This document shows positions 19,351 to 29,420 of a stretch of 64,000 bases of DNA, piece after piece. Position numbers and translations under genes: made by a program. This stretch comes from Desulfurococcaceae archaeon (GTDB lineage Archaea > Thermoproteota > Thermoprotei_A > Sulfolobales > Desulfurococcaceae), in NCBI GenBank assembly GCA_023269825.1, contig JAGDWI010000001.1, positions 56,492 through 120,491 of the forward strand. Reading direction: 5' to 3'. Each line of letters starts with the position of its first letter. Position 1 is the first letter of the stretch. The notes under the pieces are model-generated. The model was not told the origin of the DNA. It did not search any database and saw only the letters and a program-made list of their open reading frames with translations.

Positions 19351-20229
19351 TTGATAAAAATCAACGAGAAAATAAAGGAATACTGCAAGGAAGAGTACGA
19401 AGCATATACCATATATGCTTCTATAGCAAAGAACCCTCTAATACCTCGGAGAACCAGGCTAGTGTTTGAAAAAGCGAGTATAGATGAACGTAGACACTAC
19501 GAATACTGGAGAAAAATTAGCGGTGAATGCGTAACAGGTTTTCTCAAATTAAAAACGTGGATTTACGTAGTTATGTTATGGTTGTTCGGTATTACGGTAG
19601 TGTTAAAGCTCATGGAACTAGGTGAGAGAAAAGCTCAGATCGATTACAAAGAGGTAGAATCACTGGGAGTCCAGTCGCAGGAATTGAAGGACATAATTAG
19701 AGATGAGGAAGAGCACGAGGAAATGTTCGTTGAGAGCATTAATGAAGGAAGAATAAAGTACTTGTCGTCAATCGCGCTTGGAATAACAGATGCTTTAGTT
19801 GAATTGACCGGTATTTATACTGGTTCATTAGGAGCGTTCGCGAGCGCTTTAAGTGCCGGTTTAATTGGCTTAATTGCCGGTGTTTCAGCTTCTGTTTCCA
19901 TGGGTGTAGCCTCATATACTCAGGCGAAGCACGCGGGATCATTGAAACCCGCTTTATCAGCTCTTTACACTATGATTGCTTACTTCATTGTTGCCTCTTT
20001 ATTAGCTCTTCCCTATTTTATATTTATGGATATCATGGTAGGATTCTCTGTAATGATTACGATAGCTATCCTCGTTGTAGCATACATGTCATTTTATGTA
20101 AGTGTTTTACATGCGAAAAACTATGCTAGAGAATTCTTAGAAAACTCTGGTTTAATATTGGGTATAGCGTTTGGACTATACATTATAGGATCAATTTTGA
20201 GACAAGTAATCGGTATTCCAATAGATTAA
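19351..20229 (+). CDS. VIT1/CCC1-family iron/manganese transporter with an N-terminal ferritin-like domain
   Basis: EYEAYTIYASIA...DERRHYEYW (ferritin-like) is followed by ALGITDALVELTG and about 5 TM helices. Confidence 0.75.
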   Translation: MIKINEKIKEYCKEEYEAYTIYASIAKNPLIPRRTRLVFEKASIDERRHYEYWRKISGECVTGFLKLKTWIYVVMLWLFGITVVLKLMELGERKAQIDYKEVESLGVQSQELKDIIRDEEEHEEMFVESINEGRIKYLSSIALGITDALVELTGIYTGSLGAFASALSAGLIGLIAGVSASVSMGVASYTQAKHAGSLKPALSALYTMIAYFIVASLLALPYFIFMDIMVGFSVMITIAILVVAYMSFYVSVLHAKNYAREFLENSGLILGIAFGLYIIGSILRQVIGIPID

Positions 20230-20338
20230 GGAGGAAACGTGAAACTGAGTTAAAGGTTTCTCTCTCGGAATTCAGAGCAAAATGACTCTGTATTTTCGTT
20301 GCTGTGAATTGGTGTTCTTAGTTTTTAATTATGGACCA

Positions 20339-21217
20339 CTAGTTTGCTGCATTACTGTAATTGTTATCTCTCTTCAGTTCAGTTATAGTAGCCAGGTACA
20401 ATGATACTAGTATTAATCCACCGCCAATCAACTTATGTATGGATAGTGTTTCTAAACCCATGATCACTGAGAAAATAGTTGCGAAGATGGGTTCAAGTAA
20501 GAATAAGAGAGCAGCTGTTGATGCAGATACGTAGCGTTGTCCGAGTACTTGGAAAAAAGTTGCCCCTATAGAGCAGAATACTCCAAGATATACGAGGTAG
20601 AGCAAAGTATTAGTGTTTAAATTGATTCCGAAGTGCATAGATAATGGTGCATATAATAAACCCGCTGAAAACGTACCCATCAAGAACTCAACCATGCTTG
20701 ATTTGCCGTATTTCGCTATCAATATTACTTGTATTGCCCATGTGAATGTTGCCGTGAAAACTAAGAGTTCACCTACTCCTAATCCTCCTACTGGTGATGT
20801 TAGAACATATAACCCAATGATCGCTGATATTAACGACAGTAAGTCTAATTGACTATACTTTTTCAATATAATTGCAGAGTAGAAGTGTACATGGATGGTG
20901 CTAAGCCCTGTTATGAACGCGCTTGTTGATGGATCTATATATGCTGTTCCAGCTGCTTGTAAACATAAACCCGTGGAGTATGCTAATCCAACGATTAATC
21001 CACGCATTAAGCTCTCTACGTGGATTCTTCCAAGCAGGGCCTTCGCGATAATAATTGGGAGAACAACAATTGTAGCTATTAGAGTTCTAATGAACGTGTA
21101 TGTGAAGGGGTTTACTTCACTCATTGATAGCTTAATGAAAGCGAATGAAGTACCCCAAAGTACATTAGTCATTACGAGTGATAAAATACCAGCTAATTTA
21201 ATAAATCTACTACGCAA
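20339..21217 (-). CDS. EamA/DMT-superfamily transporter
   Basis: 292 aa with about 10 TM helices in two internally repeated halves. Confidence 0.7.
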   Translation of the reverse strand: MRSRFIKLAGILSLVMTNVLWGTSFAFIKLSMSEVNPFTYTFIRTLIATIVVLPIIIAKALLGRIHVESLMRGLIVGLAYSTGLCLQAAGTAYIDPSTSAFITGLSTIHVHFYSAIILKKYSQLDLLSLISAIIGLYVLTSPVGGLGVGELLVFTATFTWAIQVILIAKYGKSSMVEFLMGTFSAGLLYAPLSMHFGINLNTNTLLYLVYLGVFCSIGATFFQVLGQRYVSASTAALLFLLEPIFATIFSVIMGLETLSIHKLIGGGLILVSLYLATITELKRDNNYSNAAN

Positions 21218-21220
21218 AAT

Positions 21221-22189
21221 TTATCCCGGGCGAATTCTAGTGCCTGCTTCACCGTGAAGTGCTTCAATTGCTTGCTTTAAGTGAGCTATGACTGCGAGTT
21301 TACCTCCACTGAGTACGAACCTTATGCCTGCAAGTATCTTAGGCCCCATACTACCCGGCTTGAAGTGCCCCTCCTCGTAGTATTTTATGGCTTCTTTAAC
21401 ACTTAATTCTCGCAATGGTTTCGCATCTGGTTTACCGTAATTTAAGTATGCGCAATCAACATCTGTCAATATTAGTAGAACATCTGCTCCCAGAGCGGAT
21501 GCTAATCTCTCAGCTCCCAGGTCTTTATCTATTACTCCTTCAATCCCTGTTAATTTATTATTATCCCTGATGACTGGGACACCGCCTCCTCCATCAGCTA
21601 TGACTATGAACCCGTTATCAACAAGGATTTTCACGGCGTTTAACTCGATTTGAGTAATAGGGTCTGGTGATGGAACCACTCTTCTGAATCCCCCTCTCGG
21701 ATCAGGTTTGAAGATCCAACCATACTCTAAAGCCAGTTTTTCTGCTTCGTTCTTATCATACCATGGGCCAATATACTTAGAGGGATTTTGGAAATCGGGG
21801 TCATCCTTTCTAACTAATGTCTGCGTTATCAGTGTAACTACTCCTTTAACTCTACTAGGCAACAAGTTTTTCTCAACGAGCTTATTGTAGATTGCTTGTT
21901 GTAAAATGTAACCAAGCCACCCTTGACTCATGGCACCAGCTATATCTAGACTCATAGGTGGAATACTCTTATACTTAAAACCTAGAGTCATCCACTCAGC
22001 AATTAAACCAACTTGGGGGCCATTGCCATGGGTTACAATGACGCGGTATCCCTCCTCAACTAATTTCAGGATGATCTCCGCTGCTAAATTAGCGTTTCTC
22101 CAATAATCATCAACCGTTCCCTTATCTGTTTTAGATTGAAAGGCGTTTCCTCCGAACGCTACGACGATAAGACCCCTATCCATGGCCAT
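21221..22189 (-). CDS. arcC: Carbamate kinase
   Basis: VVAFGGNAF, THGNGPQVG and GGGGVPV motifs; 322 aa. Confidence 0.9.
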   Translation of the reverse strand: MAMDRGLIVVAFGGNAFQSKTDKGTVDDYWRNANLAAEIILKLVEEGYRVIVTHGNGPQVGLIAEWMTLGFKYKSIPPMSLDIAGAMSQGWLGYILQQAIYNKLVEKNLLPSRVKGVVTLITQTLVRKDDPDFQNPSKYIGPWYDKNEAEKLALEYGWIFKPDPRGGFRRVVPSPDPITQIELNAVKILVDNGFIVIADGGGGVPVIRDNNKLTGIEGVIDKDLGAERLASALGADVLLILTDVDCAYLNYGKPDAKPLRELSVKEAIKYYEEGHFKPGSMGPKILAGIRFVLSGGKLAVIAHLKQAIEALHGEAGTRIRPG

Positions 22190-22215
22190 GACCTTCTACC
22201 GGTTAACGTTTACTA

Positions 22216-22247
22216 TAATTAATTAAATACGTGTATTTAATTAATTA
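22216..22247. promoter_or_regulatory. Perfect 15-bp inverted repeat (TAATTAATTAAATAC gt GTATTTAATTAATTA) 27-58 nt upstream of arcC
   Basis: Read directly from the sequence. The two arms are exact reverse complements separated by 2 nt. The site is in promoter position for the minus-strand arcC gene. Its function is unknown. Confidence 0.4.
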
Positions 22248-22395
22248 AACTGTGATCAAATGAATAATGTTTGATCAACTGAAACCCTCGGTTATGAACC
22301 ACGAGTTTCTAGTCCATAATTAGCAAATAGTAATTAATAGTAGAGTCAAGTGCACCATGTGTGAATATGATAATTGATGGAGGAAATTTATCGAA

Positions 22396-23334
22396 TTAAA
22401 TGGTTCTCTCCTCTTTATAGTAGATTTTACCCAGTCCACGCGGTGGTTCAAATAAGCGCTTTAACTTAGTTGAACCATACAGTGTCATCAATGCTATTGC
22501 TGCTATGAAAGGAATCATTCCAGCAAGATCTACGGGTAATCCGTAGGTTGCTTGTATAGAAATGTTGAACTCTAAGAGTGCTCCAAACACTCCGGCGAAT
22601 GGAATTAGTATAAGAGGATGCCTACCTGCCGCTAGAGCAATAGTGTATGCGAACCAGCCATAACCTAAAACATATGATCGTATATCCCAGTATCTCAGCC
22701 ATAGAAGAGTAAATATTGAACCCCCTACTCCCACCATAAAGTATCCTAGACCACATGCTATAAGCCTTGTTCTATAAACCACGACCCCAAGAGCGGATGC
22801 GGCATGAGGGTCTTCTCCGCAAGCTCTAATCATAGCGCCAATCGCCGTTGAATATAGCATTCTATAAGTAGTTAATCCCAGAGCAAGTGATACTAATAAA
22901 GTCAATGAATAAACCACTATATTCTCAGGATACGCAAACTGAGCTATACTACCATATTTAAGTCTCACGGGGTAACCAGCGTATATTCCAAGCCCATAAC
23001 CTAGGAACATGAGTGATAATCCTACTGCTCCATGACTAATAGGTAGAACTGTAAGAATGAACGCTAAAAATAACCCAATTAAAGCTGTTACTAAACCTGT
23101 TAGAACTGATGCTAACGTAGTGCAGATAAGTGGGTCTACTCCAAGTGTTGTCAAGGATGTATGTAGTTGTGCTGAGAACAGTACAGCTAAGCCTGTCGAG
23201 AGGAAGAAGACCCCATCAATTGATAGATCTAGTACACCGGATAACTCGAATAAACTATGCCCTAATGCTACTAGGTATATTGTCGCGAACGCTGCCGACA
23301 TCCTCATTAAAGCTTCTCCGTAAAAATCAATCAT
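22396..23334 (-). CDS. ABC transporter permease (BMP/nucleoside-sugar uptake type)
   Basis: 312-aa polytopic membrane protein. It is the last gene of a four-gene minus-strand transporter operon, and its start overlaps the upstream stop by 4 nt. Confidence 0.8.
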   Translation of the reverse strand: MIDFYGEALMRMSAAFATIYLVALGHSLFELSGVLDLSIDGVFFLSTGLAVLFSAQLHTSLTTLGVDPLICTTLASVLTGLVTALIGLFLAFILTVLPISHGAVGLSLMFLGYGLGIYAGYPVRLKYGSIAQFAYPENIVVYSLTLLVSLALGLTTYRMLYSTAIGAMIRACGEDPHAASALGVVVYRTRLIACGLGYFMVGVGGSIFTLLWLRYWDIRSYVLGYGWFAYTIALAAGRHPLILIPFAGVFGALLEFNISIQATYGLPVDLAGMIPFIAAIALMTLYGSTKLKRLFEPPRGLGKIYYKEERTI

Positions 23335-24455
23335 CTGATTTTCACCTCGTAGTCGGCTATGAATCTAGTTATCGAGTACCCGAGTAGAACAGAGCCCAGG
23401 ATGATGAGTGTTTGCTCTGTATCACCTAACCCAGCAATTTTTATTGATAAACCAGTGTTTCTGAGCCCTGCTACTAAATATGCTGATACTGGTAATAACC
23501 TGTGATCAAGCATTGAGAGCCAAGAAGCTAAAATAGCTAAATAACCATAGCCGGGAGTATGAGATTGTATACCATACGGTATTCTACCCCACTCTACCAG
23601 CAAGTACAAACTCCCAGATAGCCCTATAATTGACCCGGAGAGAGCCATGATGAGTAAAGTCAGCATCTTCGTGTTAACGCCGGTTGCATATAGGTATTCA
23701 GGATTTGAACCCATGATCTTTATGTACAATCCCAGTTTCGTATACTTAAATAACCACCAGGTGAAAACAGAAATAGCTATAGCTGTAACTAGTAAAGCAA
23801 TGTAGTATGATACTTGAGTCAAGAAGCTATATACTGCTTCCTCGAATTGATTCCCTGTCCGAGTGATGGGGAGAATGATGTTTAATCGATAAATCCCAGG
23901 TATCTCATCGGTTCTAAGGTAACCATAGGTTTTCTTTCCCTTTAGAGGACCTGATACGAGGTGGTTTACGAGGTAGTACGCTATGTAATTTAAAATCAGT
24001 GTAACTGGGACCTCATCTATGTTCATGAAGGCTTTCAGTGTTCCCGCAACAGCGGCCCAAACGGCTCCAACTACGGAGCCAGTAATTATAACTAATAATA
24101 CCACGATAAATGCAGGGACAGTAGTAGATGATGTCTCAGGGTTAAACAATAATAGGGTGATTACGATGCCAGGTATCATAGCGATGTAAAATTGACCTTC
24201 GCCGCCGATGTTCCATAAGGATGCTTTGAAAGATAAGAGGAGTCCACAACCCATTACGTATATGATGAGAAAATCCTTCATTATTGTAGGCGATATAAAG
24301 GATTTTCCGAGAATATTTATTGCTTCAACTAAGTTTACTCCAAATAATCCTATTATTACTAAATATATGGTGATTCCGAACAATATGGATAACAATGATG
24401 CGATTACAGCCCCATATTTCAACTCTTTTTTCCTTTTAAGGATTGTTATTTTCAT
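23331..24455 (-). CDS. ABC transporter permease (BMP/nucleoside-sugar uptake type)
   Basis: 374-aa polytopic membrane protein. Its start abuts the ATPase gene stop. Confidence 0.8.
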   Translation of the reverse strand: MKITILKRKKELKYGAVIASLLSILFGITIYLVIIGLFGVNLVEAINILGKSFISPTIMKDFLIIYVMGCGLLLSFKASLWNIGGEGQFYIAMIPGIVITLLLFNPETSSTTVPAFIVVLLVIITGSVVGAVWAAVAGTLKAFMNIDEVPVTLILNYIAYYLVNHLVSGPLKGKKTYGYLRTDEIPGIYRLNIILPITRTGNQFEEAVYSFLTQVSYYIALLVTAIAISVFTWWLFKYTKLGLYIKIMGSNPEYLYATGVNTKMLTLLIMALSGSIIGLSGSLYLLVEWGRIPYGIQSHTPGYGYLAILASWLSMLDHRLLPVSAYLVAGLRNTGLSIKIAGLGDTEQTLIILGSVLLGYSITRFIADYEVKIR

Positions 24456-25994
24456 TTATGCCACCATTAATTCTTCTATTCGCTCGCGTGGTACCTTGCT
24501 CGGTTGAAACGGTCCTATTAACCTACCCGAATTCAGCACGTAAACAGCATCACTAATAGTTAATACTTCATCTATGTCTTCGGATGCTATGAGAACAGAT
24601 AATTTCTCAGCGTGAGCTTTATACTTTAAAACAGATACTAAATTATTGGCGGATAATTCGTCTAGAGCTCTAGTCGGGTTACAAGCTATTAATGCCTGCT
24701 TAGCGTATGAGAGTTCTTTGCCTATTATAACTTTCATTATGTTTCCTCCCGATAAAGTCTTAACAGGTGAATCGATCGACTTTGATTGTACATTATAGTT
24801 TTTAACTATTTCTACAGCTTTTTCCTTGACAATATCCCAGTTTATTAAAATCGGGTTTGACGAGAACATTATGGCTATGTTCTCAACTATACTGTTATCG
24901 CACGCTATTCCTTGTTTTAAAGGCTGGTCAGGTATGTAACCTACACCTGCTTCACGTACAGCTTTAATACCTTTCCTCACAACATCTACTCCAGCTAAGG
25001 TTATTTTTCCACGGATGGGTTTTCTGAGTCCAACAATAGATTCTACTAATTCCCGTTGCCCACTACCAGCTACACCTATGATACCAGCTATTTCTCCTTT
25101 TCCTACACAAAATGTAATATTGCTGAGTACTTCTCTTCCATGATCATCCCTGACCGCAAGATCTTCGACCTCTATGACGTGTTCTTCCTCTGGATTGCTC
25201 CAGTTATTATTGATAATGTATTTGTTATTGGTTTCACCGAACATTAAACGCCTCACTTCATCCACGGTTGTGTTCTTTGTTTCGAGAACGCCAACAATGC
25301 GGCCTTTTCTCAAAATCACTATTCTATCGGATAAATCAAAAGCTTCTTGGATTTTGTGAGTTATTAAGAGCACTGTTTTACCAGAGTTCTTTAATGAGTA
25401 GAGAATATCATAGAATCTTTTTTTCTCCGCGATGGGTAGATAAGATAATGCTTCATCTAGTAAGAATATTTTAGCGTTCACTATTATTGCACGTAGTAGT
25501 TCTATGAATTGTTTCTGTGAATACGTTAAATTATATGCTTTCTCATTCGGATCTACTCTTATCCCCGTGGATTCAGATACTTCTTTCAGTAATTTAGAGG
25601 TCTCACTTATACTCGTGAAACCACTGTGATCTCTGCTCCTTAAAGTGCTTAACGTTATAGCTATGTTTTCAGCTACACTTAATTTATCGATTAACTGTGG
25701 GGTTTGATTAACTAGTATTATCCCGTGTTTCATTGCATCTACGGGATTACCGAAATTCACTCTTGATAACTTGTCACCGGTAAGTATTTTTATTTCACCT
25801 GAATCTGGAGTGTAAACTCCGTATAGTATTTTAACCAGGGTTGATTTTCCTGAACCGTTTTCACCCAGTAGAGCTACGATTTCTCCTTCATATAAGTCAA
25901 GGTTAATTTCTTCTATTGCGGTTATTCCTCCGGGGAAAGTCTTTGATATATTATTGATTGATAGTACCACACGTCTAAGTGTTCCCGTGTTCAC
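24456..25994 (-). CDS. ABC transporter ATP-binding protein with duplicated ATPase domains
   Basis: Two nucleotide-binding domains: Walker A GENGSGKST and GVAGSGQRE, LSGG signature, and Walker B FLLDEA. Confidence 0.9.
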   Translation of the reverse strand: MNTGTLRRVVLSINNISKTFPGGITAIEEINLDLYEGEIVALLGENGSGKSTLVKILYGVYTPDSGEIKILTGDKLSRVNFGNPVDAMKHGIILVNQTPQLIDKLSVAENIAITLSTLRSRDHSGFTSISETSKLLKEVSESTGIRVDPNEKAYNLTYSQKQFIELLRAIIVNAKIFLLDEALSYLPIAEKKRFYDILYSLKNSGKTVLLITHKIQEAFDLSDRIVILRKGRIVGVLETKNTTVDEVRRLMFGETNNKYIINNNWSNPEEEHVIEVEDLAVRDDHGREVLSNITFCVGKGEIAGIIGVAGSGQRELVESIVGLRKPIRGKITLAGVDVVRKGIKAVREAGVGYIPDQPLKQGIACDNSIVENIAIMFSSNPILINWDIVKEKAVEIVKNYNVQSKSIDSPVKTLSGGNIMKVIIGKELSYAKQALIACNPTRALDELSANNLVSVLKYKAHAEKLSVLIASEDIDEVLTISDAVYVLNSGRLIGPFQPSKVPRERIEELMVA

Positions 25995-26073
25995 TATAAT
26001 ACACCTATAAGCAGATTGATCTTAAAGATGGAGAGAAGGAAAAAATTATTTGATTCAGAGTACACATAGCAGT

Positions 26074-27498
26074 CTACCCTGCTACTAGTTTAACATATGT
26101 TAGGAACCAGTCCATGTTCCATAGATCATCATGGCTTAATCTAACACCACTGGGTATTACAACGGGAGCGTTTTTATTAGCGTTTCTACAGTAAATTGAG
26201 GTTGATTCCTGTGGGTCGAACAAGCAGTATCCTTCTAAAGGTCCCGTGAATGGGTCAAATACCGATGCTATGGGATATGAATGTTTTCCTAAGGATGCTC
26301 CCCAATCCACGAGTATGCTTGTAATGTTCTCATATTTGTGCGTTTCACTGCTGAATTGGAGGGGTACTTCTATGTAGGAGGATTTCATTTGCCAATATCT
26401 TTTCATAACGAGGTCATAAACGCTTAATTTCTGTCCATCGGTTTTGTCAATTACCTGTATGTTCTTAAGTAAATCAATGTATTTTGGATTAATCGATACA
26501 ACGTCACCTTTATCGTCGATATCAACGCCTAGATCGACTGCTCCGCTTGACAGTAGATACCAGTAGTCGACTTTATCGAGATTATATGGTGTGAGTACTC
26601 CAGCTTTGATCTTTACCAATATATCTGCGTATATTCTCTCCCACCTGACGAGTTGTCCGCTAACAACATAGTTGGGTCCAAACTTGAGCATTGGGGAATA
26701 ATGTCCAAACACGTATACGCCGCGTTGCTCAGCGAATTCCACGACTGCTGTTGTATCTTCAGTGAATGCAAGTACATCGACACCGTATCTTTCAATGAGT
26801 TCTTTAGCAGCTAATTGAGCTTTCTGAGGGGCAACCCAGTCACCTAGTTTTATCACGTAGACTTCGATGTTTTTCCCTAATTGTTCGCCTACTTCTTTAG
26901 CACCAATCGCGAATGCGTTGATGTGTCTTATGACTTCAGGTATCGTCTGTGCTGCAATATAGCCTATTTTACCGGTTTTAGTTAATGCTCCAGCCATTAA
27001 TCCATTGAGATAATATATTTCGTATATATCTGCAAAGTATGTACCTACATTTGGCGCCCTCTTGTAACCAGAGCAATGGAAGAACATGACGTTGGGGTAT
27101 TTTCTAGCCGCTTCTATTGTCTTATCCATGAAGTCGAAGGATGTTGTGAATATAACATTATATCCTTCTTGAACTAATCTATCGATTGTTTCCATTAGTT
27201 GTCCTTCTTTAACTTCTGGAACATATGTTGTTTCAAGCCAGTCTTTAAATAATTCTTGAACTACTCTTCTACCTATATCATGCATGTAGCTCCATCCGAA
27301 GTCTCCGACGGGGCCTATGTAAATCCATGCTGCTTTTACTTTCTCGGGAGGAGTCCATGACTGCGTTAATTGGTTTGCCTGTGTTGGTGAAGCTGTGTTT
27401 CCTTGCTTTGGTTGCGTTTGTGAACCCACTAGGTATCCAATTACACTAAATAATATCGCTGTTACTACGATAACGGCTACAAGCGAGGGGGTTTTCAT
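26074..27498 (-). CDS. BMP-family (Med/PnrA-like) substrate-binding protein with an N-terminal membrane anchor
   Basis: I chose the start at M53 (MKTPSLVAVIVVTAILFSVIGYLVG, a signal anchor). GPVGDFGWS and GYIAA motifs are typical of basic-membrane-protein-type binding proteins. Confidence 0.8.
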   Translation of the reverse strand: MKTPSLVAVIVVTAILFSVIGYLVGSQTQPKQGNTASPTQANQLTQSWTPPEKVKAAWIYIGPVGDFGWSYMHDIGRRVVQELFKDWLETTYVPEVKEGQLMETIDRLVQEGYNVIFTTSFDFMDKTIEAARKYPNVMFFHCSGYKRAPNVGTYFADIYEIYYLNGLMAGALTKTGKIGYIAAQTIPEVIRHINAFAIGAKEVGEQLGKNIEVYVIKLGDWVAPQKAQLAAKELIERYGVDVLAFTEDTTAVVEFAEQRGVYVFGHYSPMLKFGPNYVVSGQLVRWERIYADILVKIKAGVLTPYNLDKVDYWYLLSSGAVDLGVDIDDKGDVVSINPKYIDLLKNIQVIDKTDGQKLSVYDLVMKRYWQMKSSYIEVPLQFSSETHKYENITSILVDWGASLGKHSYPIASVFDPFTGPLEGYCLFDPQESTSIYCRNANKNAPVVIPSGVRLSHDDLWNMDWFLTYVKLVAG

Positions 27499-27633
27499 AT
27501 TCCCACGTAAATGGTTACAATGTGCTGAGTTTAAAACTATTATATTTAAGCTCGAATTTCTATACATTAATATTTTGGGGGATTTAGTGGCAATATATAT
27601 TTCTTCCTGAACAAATAATACGGGTATATAGGG

Positions 27634-28521
27634 TTGGAAATAAAGTATATACATTATGGATTGACTTTAATGTACTCTTACTACCTTCCTTTATTCGATA
27701 TATATGAAACTAATAAAGGTTTCGTGTTCGAGAAAACGAATGGATTTGGAAAAGGCCTTAAGTGCTCTTTCAGTGAAATAAATTTAACTACTGAGTGTGT
27801 AGTTCCGAGTGGTTTAAGTGAGGGAGCGTTATTTAAGCTCCTCGGCTTAAATAAGATCAATGTATTTGGAGATTTATGCTTAGTTGCAAATATGGATGAG
27901 TGTGTATCCAAAACTATTACATTGATTAATGGAGAGGAAGATTCAAGGTATGTTTTTTACTCAATCTACTTATCTAGAAACACAGATTACTACGCTAATA
28001 CATTGAAATGGGCTAAGCAAGCAGTAATAAATGGATACGTGGATTCATCCTCTTATATTTCGAGGGAATTCAATAAGTTAAAGAAATCCATAGACATTGT
28101 TTTCAATGAAACCAATAATCCAATTGATTTAGCTTGTAAATTATTGTTTGTTAAGAATGTAGGAGTGAAAAGTGTGGCTTCTTTACTACTACATGCTTAT
28201 GGTTTAACGCGTTATGCGCCTATTGATAGACACTACGCGAACTACTTAGGCGTAAAGGGCAAGCCAGGGTATAAAGACATTTGTATAAGGAGCAAAATGG
28301 AGTGTAGTGGATGTAGCTTACATTCTTGTATTTATAGACAAGCTGTAAGTAAATACGGCATATATAATGGAGTTGTGCAGTCTCTTGTTTACATAAATGC
28401 GAGGTTGAAGCAAACTAGGCGAAGCGAAATAGAGGAAATACTTGTCAGGGATCCCTCAGTGTACATGGATAACTTAGAGAAACTCCTAATAAAACTAAGT
28501 CATATAAGCTCTATAAATTAG
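27634..28521 (+). CDS. Divergent HhH-GPD / endonuclease III-like protein with a C-terminal Cys cluster
   Basis: Helix-hairpin-helix LLFVKNVGVKSVASLLLHAYG followed by Asp (APIDRH). The cysteine pattern C-x6-C-x2-C-x4-C (CIRSKMECSGCSLHSC) is close to the EndoIII/MutY 4Fe-4S loop C-x6-C-x2-C-x5-C. Confidence 0.55.
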   Translation: MEIKYIHYGLTLMYSYYLPLFDIYETNKGFVFEKTNGFGKGLKCSFSEINLTTECVVPSGLSEGALFKLLGLNKINVFGDLCLVANMDECVSKTITLINGEEDSRYVFYSIYLSRNTDYYANTLKWAKQAVINGYVDSSSYISREFNKLKKSIDIVFNETNNPIDLACKLLFVKNVGVKSVASLLLHAYGLTRYAPIDRHYANYLGVKGKPGYKDICIRSKMECSGCSLHSCIYRQAVSKYGIYNGVVQSLVYINARLKQTRRSEIEEILVRDPSVYMDNLEKLLIKLSHISSIN

Positions 28522-28549
28522 GGTAAAACTGAGAGAATTATATTAGAGT

Positions 28550-29338
28550 TTGAAGATCATGCCTGGCTTAGATCCATTTAAGATCACATCAATTATTGAG
28601 AAACAAGTAACGAGAATGAGAAATAGTGAACCAGAGAGGCGATATTACAGGTTTCGTGGTGGTAGATGGTATGGTGGAATTGCGACAGGGGATGTAGTTG
28701 GATGTAATCTGAGATGCAAGTTCTGTTGGAGCTGGAGGTACAGTTATTACGGAGAGAAAGGATGGTTCGAGAACCCAACATCGGCTTTCAACAAACTCGT
28801 ATCCATAGCGAATAAGAATAAGTACAAGTACTTAAGGTTAAGTGGCGGAGAACCAACCATTGGAATAGAGCATCTATATAAATTACTTGACCTCGTAGAG
28901 GACACCAAGTACGTGTTTATACTGGAAACAAATGGCTTACTGATCGGTAAAAACCAGGATTACGCTAAGAAGCTAGTTGGTTACTCTAAGTTAACAGTAA
29001 GAGTCAGTTTCAAGGGTTGTACAGCGAGTGAGTTTGAATATTTAACTGGTGCAGATGCTGTTTTCTACGAGTATCAGTTCAAAGCACTAGAAAACTTGTA
29101 TGCTCAAGGAGCTAGACCATGTAATGATTTTTATCCAGCTGTAATGCTTAGTTTTACTAGTGATGAATCATATAGAGTTTTCAAGAAAAAACTCGCGGAG
29201 ATACATCCATCTATACTTAACTGTATCGATGAAGAATACGTTATACTGTATCCTCACGTAAAAGATCTACTTAGAAAAAACAAATTAATTCCGAGAGTAG
29301 CGTTTGATCCTAGTGGAGTCCCGGATTTCATGATTTAA
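28550..29338 (+). CDS. Radical SAM enzyme (activase-like, PflA/NrdG-related)
   Basis: CX3CX2C motif GCNLRCKFCWSW, followed by LSGGEPT (SAM-binding GGE motif). Confidence 0.8.
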   Translation: MKIMPGLDPFKITSIIEKQVTRMRNSEPERRYYRFRGGRWYGGIATGDVVGCNLRCKFCWSWRYSYYGEKGWFENPTSAFNKLVSIANKNKYKYLRLSGGEPTIGIEHLYKLLDLVEDTKYVFILETNGLLIGKNQDYAKKLVGYSKLTVRVSFKGCTASEFEYLTGADAVFYEYQFKALENLYAQGARPCNDFYPAVMLSFTSDESYRVFKKKLAEIHPSILNCIDEEYVILYPHVKDLLRKNKLIPRVAFDPSGVPDFMI

Positions 29339-29420
29339 CCTCAATGAAATGATCACGCGAAAAATAGTGTTTGAAACTAAAGATTATATTAATACTCAGG
29401 AACAGTTTGATGATGTTTAC

